From positions 259,222,001 to 259,286,000 of the forward strand of contig OZ024740.1 in the NCBI GenBank assembly GCA_964016885.1: DNA of 64,000 bases, read 5' to 3'. The notes beneath the pieces were generated by a model. The model was not told the origin of the DNA, did no database searches, and was given only the letters and a program-made list of their open reading frames with translations. Origin of the DNA: Eledone cirrhosa. Its lineage: Eukaryota. The position numbers were made by a program, and so were the translations under genes. Positions 15,960 to 30,309 of the stretch are shown here, in pieces (the stretch's first letter is position 1; each line of letters opens with the position of its first letter).

Positions 15960-17130
15960 GTAAACAAACAGCATACAACAACAACAACAAAAGGAAAGAT
16001 AACAACAGCAACTCACGAGCAAGGACAACAACTGCTAAGCAACGCAACAACAACAATAATAACAACAGCCTTAACAAAGACAGCAACAAAAACAAAGACA
16101 ACAACAATAACTACAACAGCAATAAAAACAACAATAACAATTATTACAAAAATAGCAACGGCAATATGAAACATTAACACCACCACCACCACTACTACTA
16201 CCACTACTACCACCACCACCACGACTACTATTACTACCTCCACCACTACTACTACCAGCACCACCACCACTACTACTACCACTACTACCACCACCACTAC
16301 TACTATTACTACCACCACCACTACTACTACCAGCACCACCACTACTACTACCAGCACCACTACTACTACTACTACCACCACCACCACCAAGACTACTACT
16401 ACCACCACCACTACTACTTTCTCTCTTTCTTTCTTCACTATTCCCCTCTCTCTTTCTTTCTTTCTCCCTATCCCCCCCCCCCCCTCTGTCTCTATTTTTT
16501 TCTCCCTTTCTTTCTTTCTCCCTATTCCCCCTCTGTCTCTCTTTCTTTCTCCCTTTCTTTCTTTCTCCCTATTCCCCCTCTGTCTCTCTTTCTTTCTCCC
16601 TTTCTTTCTTTCTCCACTATTCCCCCTCTGTCTCTCTTTCTTTCTCCCTTTCTTTCTTTCTCCACTATTCCCCCTTTCTCTCTCTTTCTCCACTATTCCC
16701 TCTCTCTCTTTCTTTCTCCACTATTCCCCCCCCCCCCTCTCTCTGCCTCTCCCACCATCCCCCACCATCTATCTCTATCCCCCTTCCCCCAATGATATCT
16801 TTACTAGAAGTTTCTTTTGTACCACATTTGGCAGCTGCCAACATCTTAAATCCATCCCTCAAGACGTTTTTTTTTTTGCTTACTCTTTTACTACAGCCCT
16901 CTATGTCTCCACCTCTCTCTCTCTCTATCTATCTATCTATTTCCCCCCCCCCTCTCTCTCTCTCTCTCTGTGCCTATCTATCTCTTTCACTTTGTCTCTA
17001 TCCCATCTCTCTCCCTCTCTTTCATTCTATAGATCACTTTATCTACTTACCTATCTATCTCTTTCCCTCCCTCTCCCTTCTATCTCTCTCTCTCTTTTTA
17101 TTTTTTTCTCATTCCCTTTCTCTTTCCTCG
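15960..17130. repeat. Compound low-complexity block: (AAC)n, (ACC/ACT)n, then CT-rich repeats
   Basis: Visible directly. Confidence 0.9.
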
Positions 17131-17198
17131 CCCAGAAACGTATTTTGATTAATCTTTGCAGGTAAATAAAACAAACAAAATTAACATAAAAGACACGC

Positions 17199-17239
<41 letters not shown>

Positions 17240-17370
17240 TATATATATACACACGCACACAGAAAACAGAGAAAAAAGAAAGAAAAACAAACAGAAACTA
17301 AGAAACGGCTTAATGTCTAAAGAGAAAGTTAAAAACATTCGTACATAAACATAAACACATACATATTTGG

Positions 17371-17537
<167 letters not shown>

Positions 17538-18456
17538 ACGTATGTATTCGCCCGTGTGTATGTATATACAGAGAGGGACAGTGGATAAGGGAGATGCTTA
17601 TAAAAAACATAAAAATCCAAGGAGAGACAGAAAAGAAGAGGAATCAGCAGTGTGAAATGTTGTGACTATTAGCAATGTTTATGGTATTTTTGACAGCAAT
17701 TGTGAAAAGGTGCTGCAAGGTAGATCTAAAAACTAAAATGATAGTCTTCACAACTTCAGATATGATCACAAAACTGGCGGCAGATTGACTGCTGAAGCAC
17801 GCCAATGTACGAGCACGTTCAGGGATATACGGTGGAGTACGGCAATATACGGGCAGGTTCGGTGGAGTTGGCAATATACAGGCAACTTATATATTGTTAT
17901 ACTTTGGGAAGGTGATGCTGCCAATAAAAACACAAGCACCTGTTGGATTTCATTTCAATTTACTATTATAATTTCCTACTTGGCCGGATGGCTGTTTAAT
18001 TGTTGATTGTCAAAGGTCTTTCGTCTCATATTCTGTGACCTCCTCAGCGACTACTTTTGTTGTTATTTTGTGTCTCTCCTTTGTTCTGTCCTACACCATC
18101 TTGTGGACTGAAACATAGAAGCATTCTTAGTATTTAGCAGTGTGATACACTGATATGATATATTTCTTTTTCATTAGAACAGGGACGAGAGGGGGGTGGG
18201 GAGCTAGAGCTGGGAGAGAGAAGATTGTTTTACCAATATAGAGTTGTTGGTATTAGTCTTGTATTGACTGTTAATTATATTGTGACTAAACTGTATGAAG
18301 AGAGAGAGGGGGAAGGTAATGAAGGTTATATTTATTGAAGACCACCCAGTCTCTTATCGTATGGACTGGTTACACAAACAATGACATAGTCACTCAGGCA
18401 CACACAAACGTAAATACATATATATATATGTAATACATATATATATATATCACATT

Positions 18457-18535
<79 letters not shown>

Positions 18536-18915
18536 GTATATATATATGCATGTATATATATATGCTTGTATGTATGGATGTATATAAAAGGTAAACAGAA
18601 ATAACAACACAATCGGTACAGTATATGGAAGGAATATATTAGGTTAACGCTTGAAATAACAGGAAAAGGATCTTAACGTTTCGGACGCAAGTCTTTCATG
18701 AGAATAAAGAATGAGAAATTAGAAAGATTGAAGGGACGGGTGAGGTGGAGTGGGAAAAAATGTTTTTAGAAAAAAATAACAGGTCCATTCATGTTGCCAC
18801 CTCGCACAAACATATATACATTTTTTTTCATAAAATTATAGTATTCCCAGTGCGAAGGGTAGCCGTGTGTTTACGGCTACCACTATAATATAGTAAAAAG
18901 TCGGGTTAACATATA

Positions 18916-19265
18916 AGGAGAGGAGAGGAGAAAAGTGGGAACAAGATCGATGGAACAGGACTTATGGTGAATTATGAAAAGGGATAAAAAGATAGAGAAG
19001 GGGTGGATAAACTAAACTAGCAAGAAATAGAACTTTAGCGTCAATCAAATCATCAAAAACTAACATAGTTTCTCGCGGGAGAATAAGAACTATGTATATA
19101 AGCCTTTCTTATGTTGCTCTGACGCTGGAATAGGGAAACAAGAGAGCAATGGGGCACGTCCACGCCAAGCCGTGGTCGGTAAGAAAGAGGTTGTCTGGTA
19201 TTCTGAAGGGAATGGTAGCATAAGTCCTGCTCCATCGTTCTCGTCGCCGCTTTTCTCCTCTCCTA
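18916..19265. mobile_element. MITE-like element with about 46-bp imperfect terminal inverted repeats
   Basis: AGGAGAGGAGAAAAG...GATGGAACAGGACTTATG is complementary to CATAAGTCCTGCTCCATCG...CTTTTCTCCTCTCCT. Confidence 0.7.
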
Positions 19266-19267
19266 TG

Positions 19268-19533
19268 TACATGGGCTGATTAGCCTCATTTGCATATAGA
19301 GCTATCGGCTGGCTCGGCAGGAAAATAGAATTAAGGTGTTCACTCTAACCTAGCTGTGTACAAATAAGTATGCATAATTTGTGTATCTAGCGATATACGG
19401 TATGTTTACGAATAAACATTTTGAAAGCCTTTAGTTATGAATTTGGAAACTGATTACGTTGCGCCATGTAGCGGATTCCAGCAGAAGCCAGGCCGATAGC
19501 TCTATATGCAAATGAGGCTAGTCAGCCCATGTA
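19268..19533. mobile_element. MITE-like element with about 47-bp terminal inverted repeats and TA ends
   Basis: TACATGGGCTGATTAGCCTCATTTGCATATAGAGCTATCGGC and its near-perfect reverse complement at 19486-19533. Confidence 0.75.
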
Positions 19534-19929
19534 TATGTACACACCTTACCTTCCGCCATCTCCGCTCGGACTCTAATTTCTTTTCTTTCCCTCCCCCCTC
19601 TCTCCCCCTCCACCAACCCCTCATGCAATACCACACCCTTGCCAATTCATATTTTTTTATTCTGTTTTTTTTTTTATATATTCCTTTTAATTGTTTCTAT
19701 TTATTTTGATTTTCATGTTTATTTTTTTTATTTTCCCATCCTTTTATGTTTTTCCTATTAACTCCCCCCCCCCCCACTCCCTATCGGAGTTCCTCCCAAC
19801 TTCCTCATGATGTCATGAAGGGCTTATGTCCGAAACGTCGTAACCTCCCCCACTCTCACCAATCGTGAAGCTGATAACACTATTTATTATTGACTCCTCT
19901 GTTTGTTTATTTGTCCCTTTGAACTATAT

Positions 19930-20370
19930 ATTCCCTATCCAGGGAACTCCAACCGTTAAGGTTGTCTTTTTTCCGGGTATGTCAATATTTATTTATAAGA
20001 CAAATCTGTATTTTATCTGATGAAAGCGCACCATAATTTGCCTTGGTTGCCCTTGAAATATATATAATAAAATAATTATGGTTTTATAAATATAGTTTCC
20101 ATTTATTAATATATTGAATATTTACTCCACTAATCTGGTGAGTGCTTTATACCAGTTATGAAATTCTTAAGCTTGTTGAATCCCAACAAATTAAATATAA
20201 CCTCTGCATATATATATATATATACAAGTGGAAGCTTAGTAAAATCGAAGCTTTGGCTGTGGCCAAGCAAAGTCGACCTACAATAAGGAATGAGTAGCAA
20301 AGCACTCAACAAGGGTAGGTCCTCAGAGTAACATTACGTTTACATAGCTTGACAAATTGAAAATTGCGGC

Positions 20371-20427
<57 letters not shown>

Positions 20428-20680
20428 ACAGTTCTATTTAAATTGTCTGGATACAACAACCAAATATTTTTATAACTGATATAAAGCACTCAACAAATAT
20501 TTGGAGTAAAAAGATATTAACAAATGGAAACTATATTTATAAAACCATATTTATTTCATTATACACATTTCAAGGACACCAAGTTAAATTATGGTGTGCT
20601 TTCATCAGATAGAATATAATATAGATCAGTTTTATAAATAAATATTGACATACCCTTAAAGAATGCAACCATTACTGTTT
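19930..20680. mobile_element. Family A HHR element: plus copy (HHR about 20008-20074) and inverted copy (HHR about 20553-20616, -)
   Basis: CTGATGA 20017-20023 and GAAA 20055-20058. Reverse-complement copy at 20425-20680 across a (TA)n tract. Confidence 0.7.
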
Positions 20681-20818
20681 GAATGTGTGTATGTATGTAT
20701 ATATATATACATACTACTGTACGTCTGTATACATATATTTATGTACGTGTACATACTTATATTTAAGTAACAGCCGTACTAAGAGTGGGAAATGAAATTT
20801 CGTTTCATTTTTTCCGTT

Positions 20819-20855
<37 letters not shown>

Positions 20856-21394
20856 GTATGTATATATATATCCAGGTAAATTCTTTTGTTTAACCTGTTT
20901 AGCATGCTTCGTTTTTTTGGCTCCGGTGGCTGATAGCTTCATGACCACTGTTTTCAGTTTGTTTGGCCTCTATAACCTATGTTAATTGCTCTGGTCTTCT
21001 TTTGGTCCATTGAGCGCTTGCCGCATATCTCGAAAATTGCGTTTCGCTTTGTTTTTGACCCCAGCCGAAATACGATCTCACTGAAATTATATTTTTATTT
21101 ACATATATATATATATATATAAGGAAAAAAGATGAAATCGAAAATGCAACTGGAGTCTCTTTTTAAAAATATATATATTTATTTGGTTCCTTTACTGGTT
21201 TCTCTTTCCAAAAGTAGAATTGAGATGGAGGGTCTGTGGTTTTTCTCACAGATGTGAAAAAAACCACAGACCCTCCAGAGTAGGCGTGGGAGAGACAAGA
21301 TGAGTAAAGTAAGCAAAAATAATATAAAATAAGCGAGGGTAAAAAAAAAAATAATAATAATAACTTTACATACACGAACATCGAACTATGAACA

Positions 21395-21500
21395 TTCTTT
21401 CTGATGAAGTACAATATTTTACGTAATGCTTGCGATTGAGCATAAGACAATGCAAGTAGTGTTCGTAGACTGATATTGTATTGAAACATATGTTAAAGAA
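21395..21500 (+). ncRNA. Type I hammerhead ribozyme, family K (element about 21150-21752)
   Basis: TTCTTT-CTGATGA-AGTACAATAT...ATATTGTATT-GAAA-CATATG-TT-AAAGAA. All three stems pair. Confidence 0.85.
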
Positions 21501-21749
21501 CAAACTCTAAATAAATTTTTCTCCTCCAACCTTTACTTTTGCCTAGTCATTTGTTTTTCCTGGTACTATATACCTTTAATATTATAATTTCTCCTACTTG
21601 GATACTGTACCTTAAACCCTCTAATTGGACGGTAACCTTACCTCCTGCAATGACCACATCGAGAAAAATACTTTGGTAAACAATTTTCCATATTTATTTT
21701 TGCTTGCACATTGATTCACACAAACAAATTTTAACCTGACATATCTTTG

Positions 21750-21825
<76 letters not shown>

Positions 21826-22008
21826 AAAAGTATGTGTTCCTACATGTAAATAAAACACATAGGGATACAAGTATAGTCCGACCGTATGCCAGTGTGGTTC
21901 AATGGCAAGTTAATAAATTAACAAGCCAGAACATATAAATGGGGCAGTTTTGTATGGGGCCAGTTTGTAATTTGAACTCGAGAATTTTATATTCTCCGAG
22001 AGAGAAAG

Positions 22009-22089
22009 GCCTTCTGACGATGATCTCTTTCTCAATGGAAATCCGCTTGGATTATCTATTTGTTTGGGATCTGAAACCGCGGTAAAGGC
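22009..22089 (+). ncRNA. Type I hammerhead ribozyme, family L (element about 21823-22120)
   Basis: GCCTT-CTGACGA-tGATCTC...GGGATCt-GAAA-CCGCGG-TA-AAGGC. Confidence 0.85.
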
Positions 22090-22115
22090 ACATATAGTAA
22101 GTACAGTGAATTATT

Positions 22116-22159
<44 letters not shown>

Positions 22160-22530
22160 TATGTAGGAGGTGAGTTTTATTGTAGTACAATAAAGCAATG
22201 CAGATATCGGATAAGAAGCACTCTACAGTCTGTAGGACTGGAGTATACATAATATATATATAAGATCAAAAGATGGTTAAAAGAGTTCCATGTATTTTAT
22301 TATGCGCATTTCAAAAACAAATATCATCATGCAATAACATTTGTGTTTTCATCAGATAAAATAGGAAGACATGATATGAAGGTTAAAAAACACTTGTGGA
22401 TAGTGCACCTTCATATCATGTCTTCCTATTTTATCTGATGAAAACACAAATGTTATTGCATGATGATATTTGTTTTTGAAATGCGCATAATAAAATACAT
22501 GGAACTCTTTTAACCATCTTTTGATCTTAT
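22160..22530. mobile_element. Fold-back HHR element, family I, with an HHR on both strands (22293-22363 -, 22427-22497 +)
   Basis: Perfect inverted arms of about 125 bp. TATTTTAT-CTGATGA-AAAC...GTTTTT-GAAA-TGCGCA-TA-ATAAAATA. Fragments at 58585-58632, 59388-59550 and 60925-60982. Confidence 0.85.
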
Positions 22531-22578
22531 ATATATATCATATATATATATAATAAAGAGAGAGCGAGAGAGAGAGAA

Positions 22579-22651
<73 letters not shown>

Positions 22652-23570
22652 GATGATGATGATGATGATGGCTGCAATTCGCTTGATATTTAAGCATAAG
22701 CAACGCGTTCATGGATGTTTAGTCCTGCTAGGGACTTGCCTATGGCCAGCAATACCATGCATTGTAAAAATGTCGCATATCAAGTGATGCCTGTGCTTGT
22801 GGCTTTTTCAAGTAGGGAAAGGCTTTGCAAGCGGCCAATCCCACTCTCTGAACATCGAATGCATTTGCTCCAAAAGAAGAACTAGTCTACATCATTAGAT
22901 ACAAACGAAGTCGCAAGTTTTATACATACATAGATACATACATACATGGTGGCTGCCAACTCGTTTTCGAGTACAGCCACTACTTTATATCCATGTAGGA
23001 GAACCCCTACCGATGCGCTGAACGAGTGTGACTTTTTAGTCCAGCCAGCGACTTGAAAACTCTGGTACAAACACTACACTTGTGACAATTATTGACACAT
23101 AGTGCTGGGCCCATGGTACCATCTGGCGACAAGTGCAGTGAAGCTTTTATAGTGAGTAAAGGCACTGCACAAAGCCAGTCCCACTCTCTTAACCAAGATG
23201 ATATTTACCAAAAAGAAGAACAAGTCAACATCATTGGATACCATCAGAGTTGCAGGTGTTATATCAGAGTTTTCCTTCTCCTAGAATTCTGCCTTGACGA
23301 AGGCTAAGGGGTCATCTCTCCCGGTGATTTTGGATGGCCATTGACTCTTAAGAGCTCCTTTACCCTTTGACAGGTTTTGTTTTTAGTCCTGCAGGATGTC
23401 CAAAGTCACCCTCCTCACCAAGAAACCTTGGTGGGGTTGTCAGTTTAGTCGCCAACGACCCGACCATGAGACAGGTTGTACTGGGATACATGTTACATAC
23501 ATACATAAATACATGTTACATACATACATAAATACATATATATATACATAAATACATACATACATACATA

Positions 23571-23630
<60 letters not shown>

Positions 23631-23889
23631 CAATATACAATATACACATACAATATACAATATATACATTTAATCTGAAGAAATTTTGGGGGTCATAACC
23701 CGAAGACAGAATGCTAGAGGAAGTTGTATGTATAATATACACGGTTCAGTTTCCAGTAGTTAGAACCACAAAGGTTTCACTCAGCCAGTCTTTGTTTATA
23801 TCTGTCAATACAGAGAATAAATCATAGGACGGTGTTATGTTTGTGAGTTAGTGTAGCAATATAATTACATAACACCCCGCACAACATAG

Positions 23890-24015
<126 letters not shown>

Positions 24016-25166
24016 ATGTGTATGGAGAATATGTTTCTCAGCAGAAAATCTCAATGGACGTTTGTCCAGAGCATCGATAATTCAAATTAAATGATATATG
24101 TATATAACCATATACCATTAGAGAAACACAGTATTTTGTACATATATAAAAAGCATTTAATATTTAGGAAACAATATATACTTTAAGGTGGAAAAGTTAT
24201 TATCTTCTTTACGGCATATGGTAATCGATGATCGATTGCTTAGATCGATTTTCACTCTGGTTCCCGGGGCTATGAAACGGCGGCACAAGGAAGATAATAA
24301 CTTTTCAACCTTAAAATATGTTTTTTCTTTTTCTTTTCCCCCACCCCTTTTGGCCCCGTTAATAGTGTGTTTGGCTTTTGTATAAACAGCTTCCCAAAGT
24401 AAACAAAAAAAAAAGAAAGTTGAATGAAATGACAGTTTAACTAAAAATGAAATATACAGACAATAGCCTTTCAATTATATCATGGGCTGGCGATCTAAAG
24501 ATTCGATGACAAACTTACATGAAAATGGCCACTACTTCAACAAGTTGCCATCTTCAACTTGTCGGTCAACAAAACCTGGTTCTGTCACTGAATTCACCAC
24601 GTTGCTACTGAAGGAAATGTTGCGTCTCAAAATAAGAATGTTACCACCACGTGACGAGAATATTGTTATGTCATCTGGTCTTATGTATCCCTCCCCTCAG
24701 TCTAACTCCAACGGTTCAAGCAGTAATGATCTGCAATTATGGTGAGAGAATCAAATAAAACATTTTTTCTGTATTTCAATAGCTTTTATTTACATCAATT
24801 ATCGAAAAAAGAAAACAGATCTACGTTAAGGGTACAGGTACCTACGAGCAGGCTGATCCGTGGGTCGAACAACTGGAACACTCATCGTGGGATCCGATGG
24901 AGGTCCAACACAAGAGGAGAGAACAAAAAAGAACTTTAAAAGAAGAAACAAAACAAGACAAGAAAGGTGGGAGAACCGAAAAACTAAAAGAGGAAATATA
25001 AATACAAAGACTTTCTTTTCTACTGACTAAAAAGAATGCTGGAAAATATTTGATATATATACATACATTTATTCATCCATCCATCCATACATACATACAT
25101 ACATACATACATACATACATACATACATACATACATACATACATACATGCATATACACATTACATG

Positions 25167-25223
<57 letters not shown>

Positions 25224-25243
25224 ATATATGTATGTGTGTGTGT

Positions 25244-25276
<33 letters not shown>

Positions 25277-25866
25277 TATATGAGTGTGTGTGTGCATGTG
25301 TATGAGTGTTTATTACGACTACATTTGGATGAAAAACTTATGAAATTCGTATAAACATTACAACTGTAATGGGAGAGAATAAAAACATTTTAAAAAAACA
25401 ACAACACAACAAGACAAGAAAAGAAACAAAAGCGAAAGAAGCAACCGAAAATAGTAAGACTTTCTTTTCAATTGAATAGAAAGAATGCTGGGAAATATTT
25501 GATCACTCCACAGCCGAATTCTACTAAAATATATCTCTTCATCTTCCAATGTTTATAAATAAACGAACAACATGCACCACGGTGGTCGTACAGCAAATAT
25601 TTTGTGTATATATTTGTGATTATATTTCGTTGTAGTTCTTGAAATTTTCCTATTGCCTTTGGATTTTCTTTTTTTTTTCTATCTTTTCCGGTTTCTTTTT
25701 CTACTCTAGTTTACTTAATGCTTAAAACTTTCCTACATCATATGAGGCTCATTCATGCACACACACACATATATATATATATTGTATATATATATATATA
25801 TATGTGTGCGTGCGTATGTATACGTGTGTGTGTGCGCGTGTGTATGTATATATGCATGTAGGTATA

Positions 25867-25901
<35 letters not shown>

Positions 25902-25939
25902 TTCGTTTATTGGCAACATGACCCTCCCAAAGTATAACA

Positions 25940-25972
<33 letters not shown>

Positions 25973-26794
25973 TATATATGTGTGTGTGTATGTACATATA
26001 TATATATATATATATATATAGTAATAATAATAAATTTGAAGACTAAAATCCAAAGAGGGCTCGATAAGGATAAATATATATCAAATATATAAGAACCGTA
26101 AAGCAAATATTTATTAAAATAACAGATTAAAGTTTAAGCAAAGAATCGCTGCTTTCACCCTTAACTTTCACCCTATATGTATGTATGTATGAATGTATGT
26201 ATAAATGTATAAATAACTTCGTTATATATATATACAAATGAATTCAGTTAATCCAGTCTATACTATTTTTTCAGAATGAATTTTGCTTCGTAGCGACAGC
26301 GGCTAAAGCAATGGGTATTTAAGCAGCGTTTCTCTGAAGCCAATTTGTGAGAGTATATCCCACTTTTTTTAGTTACACAGCAGTCCCATTGACATAGGGG
26401 GTGGATTTTTCCAGTGTCCTTCATGTTATGCTGTGCCGTTATTTTGGGGGATATACACATGGTTTGCCTGAAGGCTTTTGAACCGGCTCTCAGACATTCT
26501 GACATAACTTCAGGCTTTACATTTGTGGTTCTGGTTGGTGGAGGTCACTTCTGCTCGATATATCACCGTGCGTGTATGTGTGTATGTGTGTGTACGGTTG
26601 TGTGTGTCTGTGTGGTGAATTGGCAAATTTGCTTTTGGGCAAGTCACTTTATTTCACGTTGTTCCAGTTCACTCAGCTGCAGAAATGAGTTGCGATTTCA
26701 CTGGTGCCAATCTGTATTGACCTTTGTCTTTCCCTTGGACAACATCGGTGGCGTGGAGAGGGGAGACTTGTATGCATGGGCGATTACTAGTCTT

Positions 26795-26870
<76 letters not shown>

Positions 26871-26878
26871 TTCCGCCG

Positions 26879-27100
26879 TATTTTTTTACTAAAGAAATTT
26901 TAGCCTGATAGTGGGGTTTAGAACCCTCAAAAAATGGAAAAATATGAGTATTGACATACACCACATGGGTGATGTGTTGGTGTAATGGTATAACAGTGGT
27001 TTGGATAACCAAAGATGTGGGTTCGATTCATCTTTTTTTCCATTTCTTCGAGGGTTCTAAACCCCACTATCAGGCTAAAATTTTTTTAGTAAAAAAATAC
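26879..27100. repeat. Inverted repeat with about 70-bp arms, MITE-like
   Basis: GTATTTTTTTACTAAA..TAGCCTGATAGTGGGGTTTAGAACCCTC and its reverse complement at about 27030-27100. Confidence 0.8.
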
Positions 27101-27159
27101 AAGCGTGCCTGTTACGTAAGATGGATAACTGATTTCGGATTCATAGAAACACTTTAAAC

Positions 27160-27374
27160 GTGTATCGTTTGATTTGTCCAGATGTATATTTTTAACCTGT
27201 TAGTTTTTTCGTTGCTTTGGGTTTTGATTACCACAATGTTCAATTTGTCAAGCTATTTAAACGTATGTTATTACTCTAAGGACCTACCCTTATTGAATGG
27301 TTTGTTAACTCATTCCTATTGTAGGTTGACTTTGCTTGCCCACAGCCAAAGCTTCGATTTTACTAAGCTTCCAC

Positions 27375-27415
<41 letters not shown>

Positions 27416-27716
27416 AAAGTTCTATTTAAAATTGTTGGGATACAACAAGCAAATATTTTTATAACTGATATAAAGCACTCGACAAGAATTGTCCTTAACA
27501 CTATGACTTATTAAAGTTCTATAAACAATTCCCTATCCGGATGACTTCCAAAAACAATGGTTGCATTTTAATAGGGTACGTCAAAGCTTATTTGTAAAAC
27601 TGTTATATATTGTATTTTGTCTGATGAAGGCATACCATAATTTAATTTGGTATCCCTGAAATATGTATAATGAAATAAATATGGTTTTATAAATATAGTT
27701 TCCATTTATTAATATC
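27160..27716. mobile_element. Family A HHR element, inverted arrangement (HHR about 27612-27678 +)
   Basis: 27230-27490 is the reverse complement of 20135-20370. CTGATGA 27621-27627, stem II AGG.ATACCA/TGGTAT.CCT, GAAA 27658-27661. Confidence 0.7.
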
Positions 27717-27783
<67 letters not shown>

Positions 27784-28045
27784 TAAAAACCGGAAGGTTA
27801 TATCCGAAGTTAGTAGAGCACTCAGTTCAAGGGTGAGTTCGTTATAGAGTTAGTACCACAACAAATTACCAAATCATATTCGTGGACACGTGTCTCGACG
27901 GAAGTTGAAAATCCCTCCGGTGAAACACATGTCTTCGGATATGGTTCCATAATTATATATATATTTATGTATATTTATGTATATATATGTATATTTATGT
28001 ATATATATGTATATTTATGTATATATATATATATATATTTATATA

Positions 28046-28107
<62 letters not shown>

Positions 28108-28123
28108 AGTGTGTGTGTGTGTG

Positions 28124-28194
<71 letters not shown>

Positions 28195-28195
<1 letters not shown>

Positions 28196-28410
28196 AAGGC
28201 GTGTGGCTGAGTGGTTAGACAATTGGATTCGCAATCGTAAGGTTGTGAGTTCGATTCCTGGACCAGGCGATGCGTTATGTCCCTGAGCAAGACACTTTAT
28301 TTCACGTTGCTCCTTCTACCTGGAGTTGCGACCGATAGATAGTATTAGCAAGTGGAAAGACCAACGGAAACATTGTTCCCTCGGTCCGATTTGACGAAAG
28401 TCAATCGTCT
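28195..28410 (+). mobile_element. tRNA-derived SINE family S2
   Basis: A and B boxes, and high identity to 3121-3340. Confidence 0.85.
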
Positions 28411-28411
28411 T

Positions 28412-28449
<38 letters not shown>

Positions 28450-28746
28450 TTATTTATTTATATATATATTAGTAAAAGGAAAAGAAAATGCTGACAAATT
28501 GTTCCCAGTGAAAAATAGTTTAATTAGGAATAAGTAAAAATTAGTAATAAGTATTGGTTAGTATTCAGTTATACAGTGAAAAATCAGAAAGTTGATAGAG
28601 CACGAGTTGGTTAGGGAGTTAATGTCACAACAATTATTAAACGATACTTGAGAACTCGCATCTCACCTAAAAAGTTTTTTTACGCGAAAAGCTTGTTCTC
28701 AAGCCTGGTTTAGTAATAGTTGTGACATAACTCTCTATATATGTAC

Positions 28747-28794
<48 letters not shown>

Positions 28795-28955
28795 ACGCTG
28801 AGCTTCTGCAGCTTTCGACTACCAAGTTCTATTCACAAGGTATTGGTTAACCCGAAGCTATATTAGAATTCAATTATGCAAGATGCCGTGCAGCTGGAAA
28901 GAACCCAGAACCACATGGCTGTGAGACAAACCCTTTAGCTACAAAGCTGTGCCTG
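28795..28955 (-). mobile_element. Degenerate tRNA-derived SINE, octopus OR-type
   Basis: Minus strand CATGTGGTTCTGGGTTC...CCTTGTGAATAGAACTTGGTAG resembles octopus OR SINEs as recalled, not searched. Confidence 0.5.
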
Positions 28956-29278
28956 AGCAAGTATGCAATTTTTTAAAGACTGTACAATGTAATTTGATGG
29001 AGACTACGTTAGTATTTCTAGCACTTAGAGGCCGTCTTCTCTTTTAGCTGCTATAATGATGTATGTTTGTTGTAAATGTTCTCTTCAAACTTTGTTAATA
29101 TCACTTACAGTCAACACTGGTGGTAGCTATTAGTCTGTTTATATGTCTGTCAGCCTGTCTGTCAGTCACTTTGTGTGTGTGTGTTTCTGCTTCTCAGTTG
29201 GTCAGTGAGTTTGTGTGTGTTTTGGGCGTGTGTATGTGTATCTGTATGTACACGTTAATGAATGTTTATATGTACATC

Positions 29279-29371
<93 letters not shown>

Positions 29372-29381
29372 GTATATATAT

Positions 29382-29458
<77 letters not shown>

Positions 29459-30309
29459 TATTTGTCTGTCAGTACGTCAGTGCCTGTAAATCAGTGTGTG
29501 TATGTATATATGTATGTATGTTTAAATGTGTGTGTGTATGTAGGTATGTATTTATGTCAGGTTGCTCTTTAGTGCTACTGGTAACATGTAACCCAGTACA
29601 ACCTGTGTATGGACGAGTCGTCGACGACTAAACCGGCAACCCCTCCAAGCTTGTTTGGTGAGGTGGGTGATTTTAGACATCCCGCGGAATGAAAAACAAA
29701 ACCCCTCAAATGGTGTAGGAACTCAAGAGAGTAACCATCCAATAATGTTTGGGGTTTTTTGTTGTTGTTGTTTTCTGAAGCGAGAGACTCCTACTCCCCA
29801 TTAAGACATCTCTCTAGAAGGTCACTCTGATATGAAACCTGCGACTTCATTTGCATCCAATGATGTAGATCAGTTCTTCTTTTGGGGCAAATGCATTCGA
29901 TGTTCAGATAGTGGGATTGGCTCTGTACAAAGTTTTTCCTCACTTGAAAAACTTCAAGCCCAAGCATTGCTTGATACATGATATTTTTTGCGATGTAGGG
30001 TATTGCTGGCCATAGGCAAGACTAAAAAACCACTTCCGTGATGTATGTAAGTATGTATGTATGTATGTATGTATGTATATTCTTCTGGTTTTATAATTTC
30101 ACAAAGTTTTACCAATAGATAGAGAGTCGGTTTCTAACATAGACACAAGACTCTCTCATTGGAATTTACACAACATCAACTAGGTAGATATGTCTGTATG
30201 CATGCATGTGTAGATATGGATGTTATTGTATGTGTGGATGTGGATGTTTTGAGTTGTATGTGTGCATGTGTATATGCTTTGCATCTGTACATGTGTATAT
30301 GCAGTTATT

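Noticed and set aside
18660-18710. Family H copy as an active ribozyme (also 19810-19845)
   Set aside because: The core is mutated (CTCATGA or similar), so it is treated as decayed.
23672-23725. CTGAAGA...GAAG as a hammerhead
   Set aside because: Core spacing and stems I and III do not pair.
24168-24320. Inverted repeat with about 35-bp arms as a miRNA or HHR element
   Set aside because: No HHR core and a long loop. Most likely an old MITE-like palindrome.
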